Source: Gekko japonicus (taxonomy: Eukaryota). From it: DNA of 64,000 bases. The notes below the pieces were generated by a model, which saw only the letters and a program-made list of their open reading frames with translations, had not been told where the DNA came from and made no database searches. Of this stretch, positions 1-11,620 are shown one piece after another (within the stretch, counting starts at the first letter, position 1; every line of letters begins with the position of its first letter). A program made the translations under genes and the position numbers. The DNA lies in contig NW_015162055.1 in the NCBI RefSeq assembly GCF_001447785.1, forward strand, positions 1 to 64,000. The letters are read 5' to 3'.

Positions 1-1345
1 CCCCTTGATAGCCCCCCTACCCCTAGCTGTTTGCTGTTATTGCTGTGCACCACCTAATGACCCTGGGCCCCAGGCTCCTCACCTTCAGTGGGACCCCCCC
101 CCAGGAGGACACAGGGTGCGAACCCTCACACGTGCTGCAAGCATGCTTAAACTTGCAGGTCTTCCTCAAGCATTGCCCAGTGGCATTGAAGCCCCAGCAT
201 ATGCGATGGGGTGGAACCTCCTGCTTCTCGCCAGCCTCCCACCCTGCTCCTGAGTGGAACTGCACCACCATGTGTCCGCTGTCCGCATACCTGCCCGCAA
301 TGGTCCCTATGGGGCCCATGCACTGTGACCAGAATTGATGGTGCTCCTGATCCCATGGTAATGAGGGGTCCAAGGCTGCTCGAGAGCTAAACTGATCATC
401 ATAATGCAGCCAAGCGGCCCCTGAGTATTCCCTGTATGCCCTGTGGATGAGGTCCTGGTATTTTACCAATGCTGACCCCTGCCCTGGGTAGGCCTACAGT
501 ACAACCTCTATGTAAATGGTGTAAGCTGAAAGCCAATTGTCAAAGTTCTTGTTGATTTGCATCCACTTTATTTTCTCCAACTCCCTGGGGTCATCCCTCA
601 CACTCGCTTTCACCTCAACATCCCTAAAGAGGAGTGTGAACATGTCTACATACTCACCCCTCCAGATTTTCTCTCTTGTGGCTGGCAGCAGGTGATCCCC
701 CAGCGGGAAAGACCTTTCCATGTAAACATAGGGAAGGTTAGCTGCTGAGTCCTGCTGCCCCCCACCCCATGATGGTGCTTGCCTATTGGTCTCAGATGGC
801 GCACCCATCCTGGGCACAACCTGAGAGGGTGCACCCAACACTGGTGTGGTGCTCGATGCCCAGGATGGCCCATGTCCCTGCCCTTTCATGTCATATTCCC
901 TCACCATGGGCCCCTGAACCATTCTCCCCAATCCATAGGGCCCCCTGGTAGCTGGAGCCAGTAGAGCCCTGATGGCGGAACTGGTTCCTGTGGGACTGGA
1001 GAACTCACCCTTCCTTGCTGGGTCACCTGGCACTGCTCCAGCTCCACTGCCCAACTCCTGGGTATCCTCGCCACCTGAATCCTGCAGTTGTGCTAATTTG
1101 ACATAGAGTGCTCACCTTTCCCGCTTGCGAGCTGCAGATCTCGCACTCCCAGGTGGGGTGGCTGCCACAGATGCACCCTCTTCTGCATGTTTCCACTTGC
1201 CTGCCTTGTCCCTCTCCAGAGCCTTGATTTTTGCTGCCAGGTCTTGCAAGAAGGGCCCACCCTCGTCCTCAGAGGATGAGATGGCTGGTGGCACCCGGCT
1301 GGGAGCCCTCCTGGCCTGGCTGCCCTTCTTCTACGCCTTCTTCTT
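1..1345 (-). mobile_element. Tyrosine-recombinase retrotransposon (DIRS/Ngaro-type) ORF1/gag remnant, running off the window start
   Basis: ORFs 1112-1294, 494-1054 and 23-469 share one frame and are separated only by single stops. Motifs LGDHLLPATREKIWRGEYVDMFTLL, KYQDLIHRAYREYSGAAWLHYDDQF and zinc finger CWGFNATGQCLRKTCKFKHACSTCEGSHP are typical of vertebrate DIRS/Ngaro ORF1. Confidence 0.8.
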
Positions 1346-2045
1346 TTTAAAGAATTTATATATATATCTCCAGATATTTTTATGCATATCTTAACACTTC
1401 ATTTTTCATATTCTCCTCTTTCTAAGAATCAAATTAAACACTGAAAGCATATAAGTACTCTCTATCCTCGTTATCTTATTCCCTTTCTTTACCCGCTTGC
1501 TCAAGCCGCTGTACAACTTCCTCTAATTCATGATCTCTCTGGTCCTTCCCATAGCTGGCATTGGTATTTGTTCCAAATTTGGCTGTATTTTCTGGAAGCA
1601 GAGCTCTAATTTTTCTGTGGGAATAGCAGGAGCTGGAAGGGATGCAGCCAGCTGGAAGCTCAGCCACCACACACACACCCTTCTGCACCTTCTTGGCTGG
1701 CATATGTCACTCATGAAGATGGAGAAAGGAACAAAGAGGAGAGTGGTAAACCAAGTACACCCTGTATTAATCCTGGAGTATACTGAACCCCCCCACACAC
1801 ACACTGTAGATGAGGATACCAACATTGCCCTAAACCCAGCTAGAAATGTGGTCTTATTTCAATTATCATGAATTCATGCAGCGGCCCTACACTGAACTGG
1901 ACCCCTGGTCCCTCAAGGTCAGTACTGTCCACAAAGGCTGACCATGCAACTGGTACCCTAAAGCCCACTGGTGGGGGAGAACCCATGTAGCTGCCTTATA
2001 CTGAATCAGGCCCTTAGCAGCTGCCTTATCATACCCCTGAATGAA

Positions 2046-2155
2046 AGAACTTGTGACTTACCCAAGATCACACCAGAAGCTGCATGATTCCTTTGTCTCT
2101 GAGAATTTTTGCTGTGTCCCTCGTGGCTGTGCTCTCAACCACTACACCACACTGG
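2046..2155 (-). mobile_element. Degenerate tRNA-derived SINE (Squam3-like) fragment
   Basis: Reverse complement starts ccagtgtggtgtagtggttgagag (A-box) and contains tgatcttgggtaagtcacaag, similar to the SINE at 42880-43099. Confidence 0.55.
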
Positions 2156-3504
2156 CAGTGGGAGAAAACAAATGCAGCTGCTGGATTTTGAATCAGATGC
2201 CTGGCCCTTAGATCCCCTGGTGGGAATGAACCTCTGCAAGATCCTGGGGGATTTGGCCCCAGCTATCTCCTACACTGAATCAGAACCTCGCCCCTCCCCT
2301 AACCCCTGGTGGAGAGAAAGTCTCGTTGTTGCTGTATAAGACAGAAGGCCTTTGGCTCCGTAGCTCTCCTGATAGCCTGGAATCCTAATTCCTACTGAAT
2401 GCCCCAGGGTCACCTCCGCAGAGCCTACGAACCACCCCATGGATGGGCGACCTAGCAAGGTGGGCCACAAAAGACTAGGAAGCCAGAGATGGAAGATGCA
2501 GCCAGGAAACCCCTTTGGATGGTGAAGGAGAAGGCAGAAAGCCAGGGGAAAATAAGGGGGCCTGCCTCAAATGTCCCTTGCCCGCTTGCAGATGAGAGTG
2601 GTGGGCAGGGGAGCCTGCCAGCTATCCGAGGCCAAACCTGGCCCACCAATAAGCAGTGAGTTGTCCAGGTGAGCACGCTCCCTTCTGGAGACTGTGGGAG
2701 AGGGAGAGAAGCTAGAAGGCTGCAGTGAGGGGTAGCGAGGGGCCCAACAATCCCTAACCCAACCAGTGCCTCCCTGCAACCCTTCCCAGGCCGGTGTCCT
2801 CCAAACCTTGCCTGTTCAGGCAGGCTTGTGCCATTGCCAGAGACCAGCTGGTGAGTCTCCTTTTTGCGGCAACATGCTCTTTCCCAGCTGCGAAGCTCCA
2901 TCCTCTCCTAAGCTTGTGCTGGGCTGATCGGCTCTCGGAGGGCGGCTGCTTCCAAACCTGGCTGGCAAGTTTGGCCTTAGATTGGCCAGCACTCCCACGC
3001 TGAGCCCCAATTGCTTCATTCAAGGGGGGGGCAGGCAAACTCCTGCACCTGCTCCATGGGCAGGCACTTGTCTTCTGTACACTGCTGGCAACTTTGTGTA
3101 TTCTTTGTATGGAATTATTTACCCAATTGCACATTTTACTCAAAACAACTGTAACAAGAAACACTTTTAAATCTTCGTGTTATATAATTGGGCTTCACAG
3201 TCAATCTTCTCATACTGTTTCCCAATTTTCTTAGATTGAAGATTTACGCAGAACAAATTTCCATCTGCTAGTTGTTGCTGTTGCTTTTGACACCACCCGT
3301 ATGCTTGTGAAGGGACTTGTGTCTGCACACCCTACCCCGATAAACATAACTTAATATGACTTCCCTTAGCACTAAGGTGTAATTCATTGAGAGCTGATGA
3401 GAATATTCCTAATTTGGGGGCCTACTGTTACAGAATTGAGTTCAATAAATCATGAGCATAGTGAAGCTTGTGGAACAGAACACAGCCTACTGATCAGTCT
3501 GAAA

Positions 3505-5505
3505 TTTAATTTGATTTATTGATTTTTATCCCACCCATTCCAGCCTAGTCTGGTTCAGGGCAGCTCACAACAAGATAAAAGTTATCATAATATACAATTC
3601 ATAATATATAAAACACAATTTGTCACGTTAATACAATTCATAATAAATAATACGATAGTATAATACAATGTTAAAATCGAACAGTGTCACAGTGCTAGCA
3701 ATTACAATATTTACATTTACACTATTGGTCCACTTCACTTGTAAGGGGGAGAGGGGGGAACTGGACATGCAATAGTTGCAGGGACCTGTGGCTCAGGGCC
3801 ACCACCACTGTTCTCGTTTGTTATCAGTTGTTACTGCTAATGCTACTGATGATTGTAGTTGCAGTGGTGATGGTAGTGATGGTGGTGGCAGCTCGAAAAG
3901 CCTGGTGGAAGAGCTCCATCTTGCAGGCCCTGCAGAACTATAAAAAGTCCCTCAGGGCCCTTATCTCCTCTGGGAGCTCATTCCACCAGAATGGAGCTGC
4001 CACCAAAAAGGCTCTGGCCCTAGTAGTTGCCAACCTGGCCTCCTTGATACTTTGGAGGGTCAGTCAGTTCTGGGTCCCTGAATGTAGTGCTTTCTGGGGC
4101 ATATATGGGGAAAGGCGGTCCCTCAGGTATGTCGGACCCTGGCCATAAAGGGCTTTAAAGGTAAGAACCAGCACCTTGAAGCGAATCCGGTATAATAGCN
4201 NNNNNNNNNNNNNNNNNNNNNNNNNNNNNNNNNNNNNNNNNNNNNNNNNNNNNNNNNNNNNNNNNNNNNNNNNNNNNNNNNNNNNNNNNNNNNNNNNNNN
4301 NNNNNNNNNNNNNNNNNNNNNNNNNNNNNNNNNNNNNNNNNNNNNNNNNNNNNNNNNNNNNNNNNNNNNNNNNNNNNNNNNNNNNNNNNNNNNNNNNNNN
4401 NNNNNNNNNNNNNNNNNNNNNNNNNNNNNNNNNNNNNNNNNNNNNNNNNNNNNNNNNNNNNNNNNNNNNNNNNNNNACAGTAATCCAGTCTCGAGGTGAC
4501 CATTGCATGGGTCACTGTTGCCAGGTCGCTGTGTTCAAGGAAGGGTGCCAACTGCCTATCAGCCGAAGATGGTAAAAGGCCGACTTGGCAGTGGCTGCTA
4601 CCTGGGCCTCCATGGTTAAGAAGGAATCCAGGAGCACCCCCAGACTCCTAACCTCTGGCACTGGCACCAATGGCGCACCATTGAAGGTCGGGAGCAGGAT
4701 CCCTCTCCCCGGACTGCTGCAGCTCAGGCACAGGACCTCCATCTTCATCGGATTCAATTTCATCCAGCTCAGACTAAGCCAGCCAGCCACAGCTTGTAAC
4801 GCTTGGTCTAGAACTTCCAGTTCAGAGTCGGGCCGTCTGTCCAGCGACAGATAGAGCTGGGTGTCATCTGCATACTGATGACAACCCAGTCTGTACCTCC
4901 GAGCAATCTGGGCAAGAGGGCGCATGTAGATGTTGAAAAGCATAGGGGACAACAGCGCCCTTTGTGGCACTCCACATTCCAGTGGTTGCCTCCGGGACAG
5001 CTGGTTTCCCAGCGCCACTCTTTGTCCCTGACCATGGAGGAAGGAAACAAGCCACTGTAAGGCTGGTCCCTGAATTCCAGTGTCGGCGAGGTGGTGGATC
5101 AGTAACTGATGGTCAACCATTTCAAACATGGCTGACAGATCTAACAACAACAGCACTGCTGATCCGCCCCAATTCAGATGCCTTCGGAGGTCATATGTGA
5201 GGGCGACCAGTGCCATTGGAAAGCCAGACTGGAAGGGATCTAAGATAGAAGCATCATCCAGAACGCTCTGTAACTGAAGTGCCACCACCCTCTCTATTAT
5301 CTTGCCCAAGTAGGGCAAGTTGGAGACCGGCGGATAGTTGGCCAATTCGGTCAGGTCCAAAGATGGTTTTTTCAGGATGGGGCGCACCACTGCCTCCTTA
5401 AGTGTTCCTGGGAACTGTCCCTCTAAGAGGGACCTATTGACAATCTCCCGTATGGCGTCCCGCAGCCCCCCACGTGCCGCTTTAATCAGCCATGATGGGC
5501 ACAGT
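3505..5505 (-). mobile_element. 5'-truncated L2-clade LINE (RT, C-terminal ORF2, 3'UTR), spanning an assembly gap
   Basis: ORF 4512-5549 has KEAVVRPILKKPSLD, NYPPVSNLPYLGK, DPFQSGF, LLLLDLSA, GVPQ..LSPMLFNIYM and YADDTQLY. It continues as HAMVTSRLDYC. An L2-type 3' tail with AAAT-like repeats lies near 3505-3570. Confidence 0.9.
4200..4476. other. Assembly gap (277 N)
   Basis: Run of N. Confidence 1.
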
Positions 5506-6186
5506 CCTTTTGTGGTTAAAGGAATTGTCACAAACATCATGGGGGGCAAATGAGGGTCTGCAGTGGAAGGAAGAACAGGAAAAAATTACCCTGCAACACT
5601 GTCAACACAACTTGCCTTCAAACTGAGAAAAACAGCAATTGGCTATAACCAATAGAATCTAAAAGATCCCGTTGTTAGACTCATTCACCTCTTGTTCTAT
5701 TCGGATAATAAATTTTGATTTAATAAATGGAATAAATGAATTTTTGCATATCCTTGACCCCGTATTTCTCCAGTTGACCTGAAATATATGATGTGTTTCT
5801 CCACAATAGGGTTAAGGTCAAATTTGGAGAATGGAAAGCATAAATCGTCTCTTCTGGATCCATCTCTTTTTGTCATGTTTCTGATTTCCAGAAAGCAGCA
5901 AGAGCAATAATATGCCCTGTACCTTATAATGTGTCATTATGGAAGGTAAGCAGAATTGCTGAGGAATATGTAGGTGCTGTCATATGCCCATTCTATGGTT
6001 TTACTCTAGAGTTTCCAGCAATTCATAGAGAGGTATGACATCACTTTTAGGTTTTTCCTGACAGCTGCCCCCATGCACCCCTCATAGAGCATTATGCTCA
6101 TCTAGTGACAACTTACTGGCCGTAAAATGGTCCAGCTGCCCTCAAACAGGATGGAAGTCCAGCTGCCTGGACCTGATAGAAGTATC

Positions 6187-6989
6187 TGTCTAGTGAGGCT
6201 TGAGCCCTGCAGGACTTAGCTCAGTTCCAGAGGGCTTACAAAATTGAAATGTTCCACCAGTCGAATGGTTGTTCTGGGTTAGAGCAGACTCAGCCGAGAC
6301 CAAGAGGATGAGACAGAATCACTAATCAGAAGCGCAAAGTCAAAAGTTCAGTCCAAGAGTTATACACAAGGGAAGCCAGCCAAGGGTCCAAGAAGCAGAG
6401 TCTGAGCAGGTCCAAGAGGTGTAGTCAAGCAGGTCCAGGGTTGAAGCCAAAGGTTCAGGAGTTCTAGACAGCAACCGGTCCAGGTGGTGTGGTTGTGCAT
6501 CTCCAGAAAGGTGAAGAGTTGCTCCCATACCTATTCCATCTGAAGCCCCGTCCTTTATTGGCGGCTCACAGCTGGGTCTCATTGCTTGTGAGAGAGCCAT
6601 ACATTTGGCTCATTAACCTTAGGTGTTCCTCTTGATTTGGTAGTCACCGGGCAGCAAGGCACGTGCTCTGCTTCCTCTCGAGAAGCTCCAAGCACACCTG
6701 CCTCCTCCTGCATTCCCTTGGCTCTGGGGAAAGGGGAAGCGAGGCAGCCTGTGAAGTCTCCCCAAGATCTTCGGTTATTAAGGTGCCGCCTCTCTGGGTT
6801 GCCTCTTCCATGTTCCCAGTGCTCATGGGGTTGGAGTACATGCTGTCCCCCGCAACTGGGGCACTAGGACCTACCTCCACTGTCTCAGAGTCATTGACAG
6901 CATCAGCTGGTTGAGTCTCAGGGGTGCTGACAGGGATGTTATCAGCATCAGCTGAGTGATCCTCAGCTAAAGCTGGCTGGCCCACAACA
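6187..6989 (-). mobile_element. Probable solo LTR (Gypsy-type)
   Basis: TG...CA termini (tgtctagtg...cccacaaca) and a TATA-like ccaataaaggacgggg on the minus strand near 6545-6560. No TSD found. Confidence 0.5.
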
Positions 6990-7119
6990 ATGGCTGAGGA
7001 CAGTGGCAGCTAGAAAGATTACCTGACCTCCCCATTGTTGGGCCACAAATCTTGCTGTACTGGTTGGCCCCCCCCAGTTAACCACCCCTGAAGGTTTGTT
7101 GGGATGCTATCTGATCTGA

Positions 7120-7262
7120 TCGATTAATAAGTTTTAACTGTAAGATTGATTTTAAATAGTGATGCTGTTTTTATTGGTTGTTTTATTGTTGGAAACCGCC
7201 CTGAGCCCTGCTTGGTGGGGAAAGGAGTGGGATAAAAATCAAATAAAAATAATTAAATAAAT
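7120..7262 (+). mobile_element. L2 3'-end fragment
   Basis: ggaaaccgccctgagccc...gggataaaaatcaaataaaaataattaaataa resembles the reverse complement of the L2 tail at 3505-3570. Confidence 0.6.
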
Positions 7263-8699
7263 GTTCCCTGGTCTCCCACTGGGGCCAAGACTGGGAACCC
7301 TACAAATATGCCTGCACCAAATGTATTCCTATTTTGATCTTCTAAGGGAGAAGTACTCCCCTTGATCATGCAAATATTTCAGATCCTGATTGGTGCTATT
7401 ATATCCCCTATATGATGCAGCTTTGGCATAATTTTTACCTTTAATTGTTGCATTTCTTCCTGGATTAGTCACATGGGAAATTCCAGCAAACTAAGTTCAT
7501 TTAGTAAATGGGATGCAGTCATGAACTCAATTCAGAATAAATGTATATTCAGGGAAATCACCCCCTCCCAAAGACAATAGATCAGGAAAACTTTCAGTGC
7601 TGCAAAATATTCACAAAAAGTAATCAATGCTTTAGTCCTACTGGAGAACACCCCTCCCAAAGGCAAACAACAATACTACAACCAAACATGAAAACTGCAC
7701 TTTCTAAGAAAGATTTAGATAAGTATGCAACATTTGGTATAGATAAATATACAACAGTATACTTACACAGTGTACAAGGAGGTTCTGGGTTTCTTTTTCC
7801 CTTTAATGTGTTATATGAACGTTATTACACCTTATAGAATTCTTTATTAGTTACAAGCTTTCGTTGGTTTCAGTGGGAGACACATCCCATCATAACCTTA
7901 TTATTATACAATCAATTAATTTGAAATTTTCATGAATTGTATCACTCACCCGAAGGATGATCCCTTCCAAGTCTCAGGCAGATAAGCAGCATTGCTTTGG
8001 TAGCAGTTAAGATTCTTGCTTGCCCAGGAAGGTGTTAGTTTGAGTGAGTGTTTCCTGTTTTCTTGCAATCCAGAGGGCAGGGAAAGTCTGTTTTAAGACA
8101 AAAACGGAGGATGCAGCTGAGGGAAGTCAGTCCTACTCCTTTTTACCTTGTCTAGAGAAGAATGCCCCACCCATTTAATAGAAGCTTAAAGGGCCTTCAT
8201 CTGTGAGCTGATGTTGTTTACTTTCATTAAAAGGGAAAGCTTCAGAAGCTTGTTTCCACATATTAAGCTTCTGTTAGAGGGACAGGACATGTTTCATCGG
8301 CCTGTTGGCAATCCTACTCTTGTGCAGTGTGAAACATGATATGCAGACCCAATTCAAAAGCAGATATAGCTGTACCAATTAACATTTGCAAGGGGGAATT
8401 GTAATGAACTTTGCAGTAGCAAATTATTACAGTATTCAAAATCACAAAAATGTGTACAGATCAAAGATACTAAAAGATTCTTGTTTGAATGCATATTGCT
8501 TTAAGCAGCTTTCTGCTGTGTCTTGCTACATTTTCCACTGGCCTGATTTATATCTGATTTACAGTGTTTTTGCAGCACTGGATTTATCAAAAGATACCCT
8601 GCTTTTCATTCTGTAGCCAGCTTTTGCTGTTTCATACAAAGGGCCCAGGAAGAGCCAGACATGAAAAAGCTGAGCTGGAAACAGAAGTGTTTTGTGTTC

Positions 8700-9084
8700 C
8701 AGGGCTATTTTTGGGCAGGAACAGAGTTCCGGCTGGCTCCCAAGTTGGCCACGCCCAGCAGGAACTCATTAGCATAATAGGCCACACCCAACAGCAGAAA
8801 CTCATTAGGATTGGCTACATTAGGGGTGTGTGGCCTAATATGCACAGGAGTTCCTGCTACAAAAAAGCCCTGGGTTTTGACAACAAACAAGGTAAACAGA
8901 ATAAGAAGGAAAAGGTGGGTGTGGCTGGATAACCACACTTCTGGTAACATGGGGGTGTGGCCTAATGTGCTAATGAGCTGTGCTATCAGGGGTGTGGCCC
9001 AATATGCTAATGAGTTCCTGTTGTTGGGTGTTGCCTATTATGCTAATGAGTTCCTGCTGGGCTTTTTCTACAAAAAGAGCCATG
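8700..9084. mobile_element. Adjacent or nested MITEs with CAGGGCT(T/A)TTT termini and internal TATGCTAATGAG / GGTGTGGCC repeats
   Basis: cagggctattttt at 8700 pairs with aaaaaagccctg ending at 8872. The segment 8875-9084 is closely similar to 17528-17663. Confidence 0.7.
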
Positions 9085-10399
9085 GTTTACACAGTCTTAG
9101 GTTTCCCCCTTTAGAACTTCCAGACAGATTTTTGTCAATAAATAGATGCTAGTTATTAGAAGTGTCGTATTTTTGCAGCAGTGTTCATGCAGCACAATCT
9201 TTTTGACCAGCAAAAGCAAGAAAGAAACCAAACTTTAACATCAATTGCCTGCTTGGCAATTCAGTTCCAGTGCACACTGCAGATTTAGAAGTGACCTTGT
9301 ACAAAACAAATATCTTTGAGGAACCTTTATGTAAATGCATCAATATACAGATACAACATGAAAGCAATAAGGAAAACAATACAGATAAAAGAAAGAAAGA
9401 TTAATCTGGGTCGTATCTATCATTTTTGTTTCTTGGTATATAATCAGCACACAGTCCACTAGATTAATATTTGAAACATGCTTTAAAAAGTTTCCCCCCT
9501 AAACAGAGTGCTTAACCCTTCTGTACATGCAGAAATGGAAGGCTGGGTGTTCATTGGTCATATTGCATTTCAATTTCTCTAGTTAGCATTCTTTTTATAT
9601 ATTTAGTAAAAAAAAAAGAGAGATACCTTATTTGTTATATTGTCAGATGTGCAAATGTGTGGATTATCTTTCAGAATCAAAAGTGAAGAGATGCAGTACT
9701 AAATATATTTTAGAAATTTCCCCACAGGTTCTTAGTCCATATTTTTTATCTATGAACTAAGTTATCAAATATTTTTGGGGGGCAAACATATTTCTTTTCC
9801 CGATAGCATCATTTTATGGCTTGACTTAGATGTGAAAGAAACTTCATTTCCATGAAGAGCTATTATTTACAACATCTCCTTGCATTTATTTTAATGTCTG
9901 CATTTAAAATGCTGCTGCATGTTCTGTGCTCATGAATATTTTGCAGGGTTATGTAGATTAGCAAATACAGTACAAGATATATGTGTGTGTGTTTTATAAA
10001 CTTTAAAAAATTGCACAAGGCATGCTTTTAAAGTTTATTTATGGTGGTCTAGATCTTCTTGCCCTTAATGCTTGTGGTTATTTTAACACTCTAGAGGTAT
10101 GGTGTTTTCCTTTACTGTGATATGTAAAAGCCAGATGGTTGGGATTCAAGGGGAGGGATGAATATGCTTGGAGGTGGAGAAAAATATCAAGGGTTCTTGT
10201 TCCAGTGATGTGGAGAGTACAGAAGACATATGAAATTGCTAGACTCTGATGTTTACAGAAGAGCTAATTCAAAAGCCCACTGTCTTGTGGGAAGCTTTCA
10301 AAGTAAAAAATATCTTTCTGATTATTTTTGGCACTTCTAGTAAAGACAGTAACATATTAATTAACTTCTCTGTCTTTTCTTTCTCTCTCAGTTGACTTC

Positions 10400-10843
10400 G
10401 GCCCTGTCCACACGAGGGATTTTGGGCCTGGAGTGGGCCGGATCAGGGCCAGAGCAAACGGGCGCGATCCCACTACAACATCTGGGCAGCGTTGCATACC
10501 CATCCCCGATCCGGCCCTTCCCCCAATGAAACGCATAAAAAATGAACCACCTACCGAGGTGGTTCATCCACGACGGCCACATCAACGCTGGCCGTGGGAT
10601 CGCCGGCCCGTCTTTCTGCTGGTGCATCCCCGGCTCCTGCCTGAACTGTGTATGCTCAGACATGCGCAGTTCGGCAGTCTCCCGTTCCCCTCCGTTGCTT
10701 CCCCTGGCATCTGATCGTGCCGGGGAGGGAATGCGCCGTGGCTTAGGGGATCAATGTGATCCCGCTGCAGCGTGTGTTTTTTTGGTGCGGCTTTCAGAAG
10801 CCGCGCTTCAGCCCGTCCCTTTCCGCTTCGTGTGGCAGGGGCC
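10400..10843. mobile_element. Non-autonomous DNA transposon (PIF/Harbinger-like termini), CpG-rich
   Basis: Imperfect 16-bp TIRs ggccctgtccacacga / tcgtgtggcaggggcc and an abrupt GC/CpG contrast with the flanks. Confidence 0.7.
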
Positions 10844-11419
10844 TCTATTTGCACTCAGTGATGTCATCACATAGCCAAATCTAGCAATGTACTTTAGTGC
10901 ATCCAATTTACCACTTGATCTCTAACTGTATGGGATCACCTGTGTAACTCATAGAGACAACATTGTTTTCCTTCTAAAGTAACTTCATTTGTCTTTGATT
11001 GTACTATCATATAACCACATCTAACAGGTTACGTGGCATCATGATGTCACAACAAGATCCATGATTGGCTGGCATCAGGACTTGTCCAGGAAAGAGAAAA
11101 AAGCCAGCAATCTAGGCAAAACAAATTGCAGAGAAAGCAGAAGCAGGGGAAACAATGTCAGCATTGGATATCAGAAGTGGAGAATAGTCATTATAGCTGT
11201 AGATTATGCCTATGAAAAATTTGAGGATGAGTCTACATTAATTTAAGGGTGCAGGCTTCTAATAACAATAATGCTGATTATTTGTATATCATGTTCAAAG
11301 TGCTTCATACAAAATGATTTAAGGATTCCAACTACCATATAAGGTAGGTGGGTATTAGGTACATACTTGCTGTGTGATCTTGGGCCACTCAGTGTCTCTG
11401 GGCTTAACATACCTCATAG

Positions 11420-11620
11420 CAATGCTCCCTCTAAACTGTGGGGTCTTGTAAGCAAAATTCTACTTTGTGAGCTACTAGCATTAAAGTTGTGAGCAAGTGT
11501 TTTGGCTACTGAATAAATTAGTTTTGGAGTCATTCTTCCAGAGCTAAGGCAAAACTGTGTGAGACAGAGGATAAAAAACTGTGAGCTAGCTCACACTAAC
11601 TCAGCTTAGAGGGTATACTG
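11420..11620. mobile_element. hAT-type MITE (TIR CA(A/G)TGTTCCCTCTAAGCTG family), inserted in an older SINE
   Basis: TIRs caatgctccctctaaactg / cagcttagagggtatactg, with a perfect 8-bp TSD CCTCATAG at 11412-11419 and 11621-11628. Confidence 0.9.

Noticed and set aside
1390-1530. Coiled-coil-like minus-strand translation (ELEEVVQRLEQAGKERE), possibly L1 ORF1
   Set aside because: Too short and stop-ridden to assign.
3828-4148. 106-aa hydrophobic-leader ORF
   Set aside because: Antisense to the L2 3' end; the leader is an imperfect trinucleotide microsatellite.
10388-10714. Apparent exon after a polypyrimidine-AG at 10391
   Set aside because: The downstream sequence is a TIR-bounded element starting at 10400 and the translation is uninformative.
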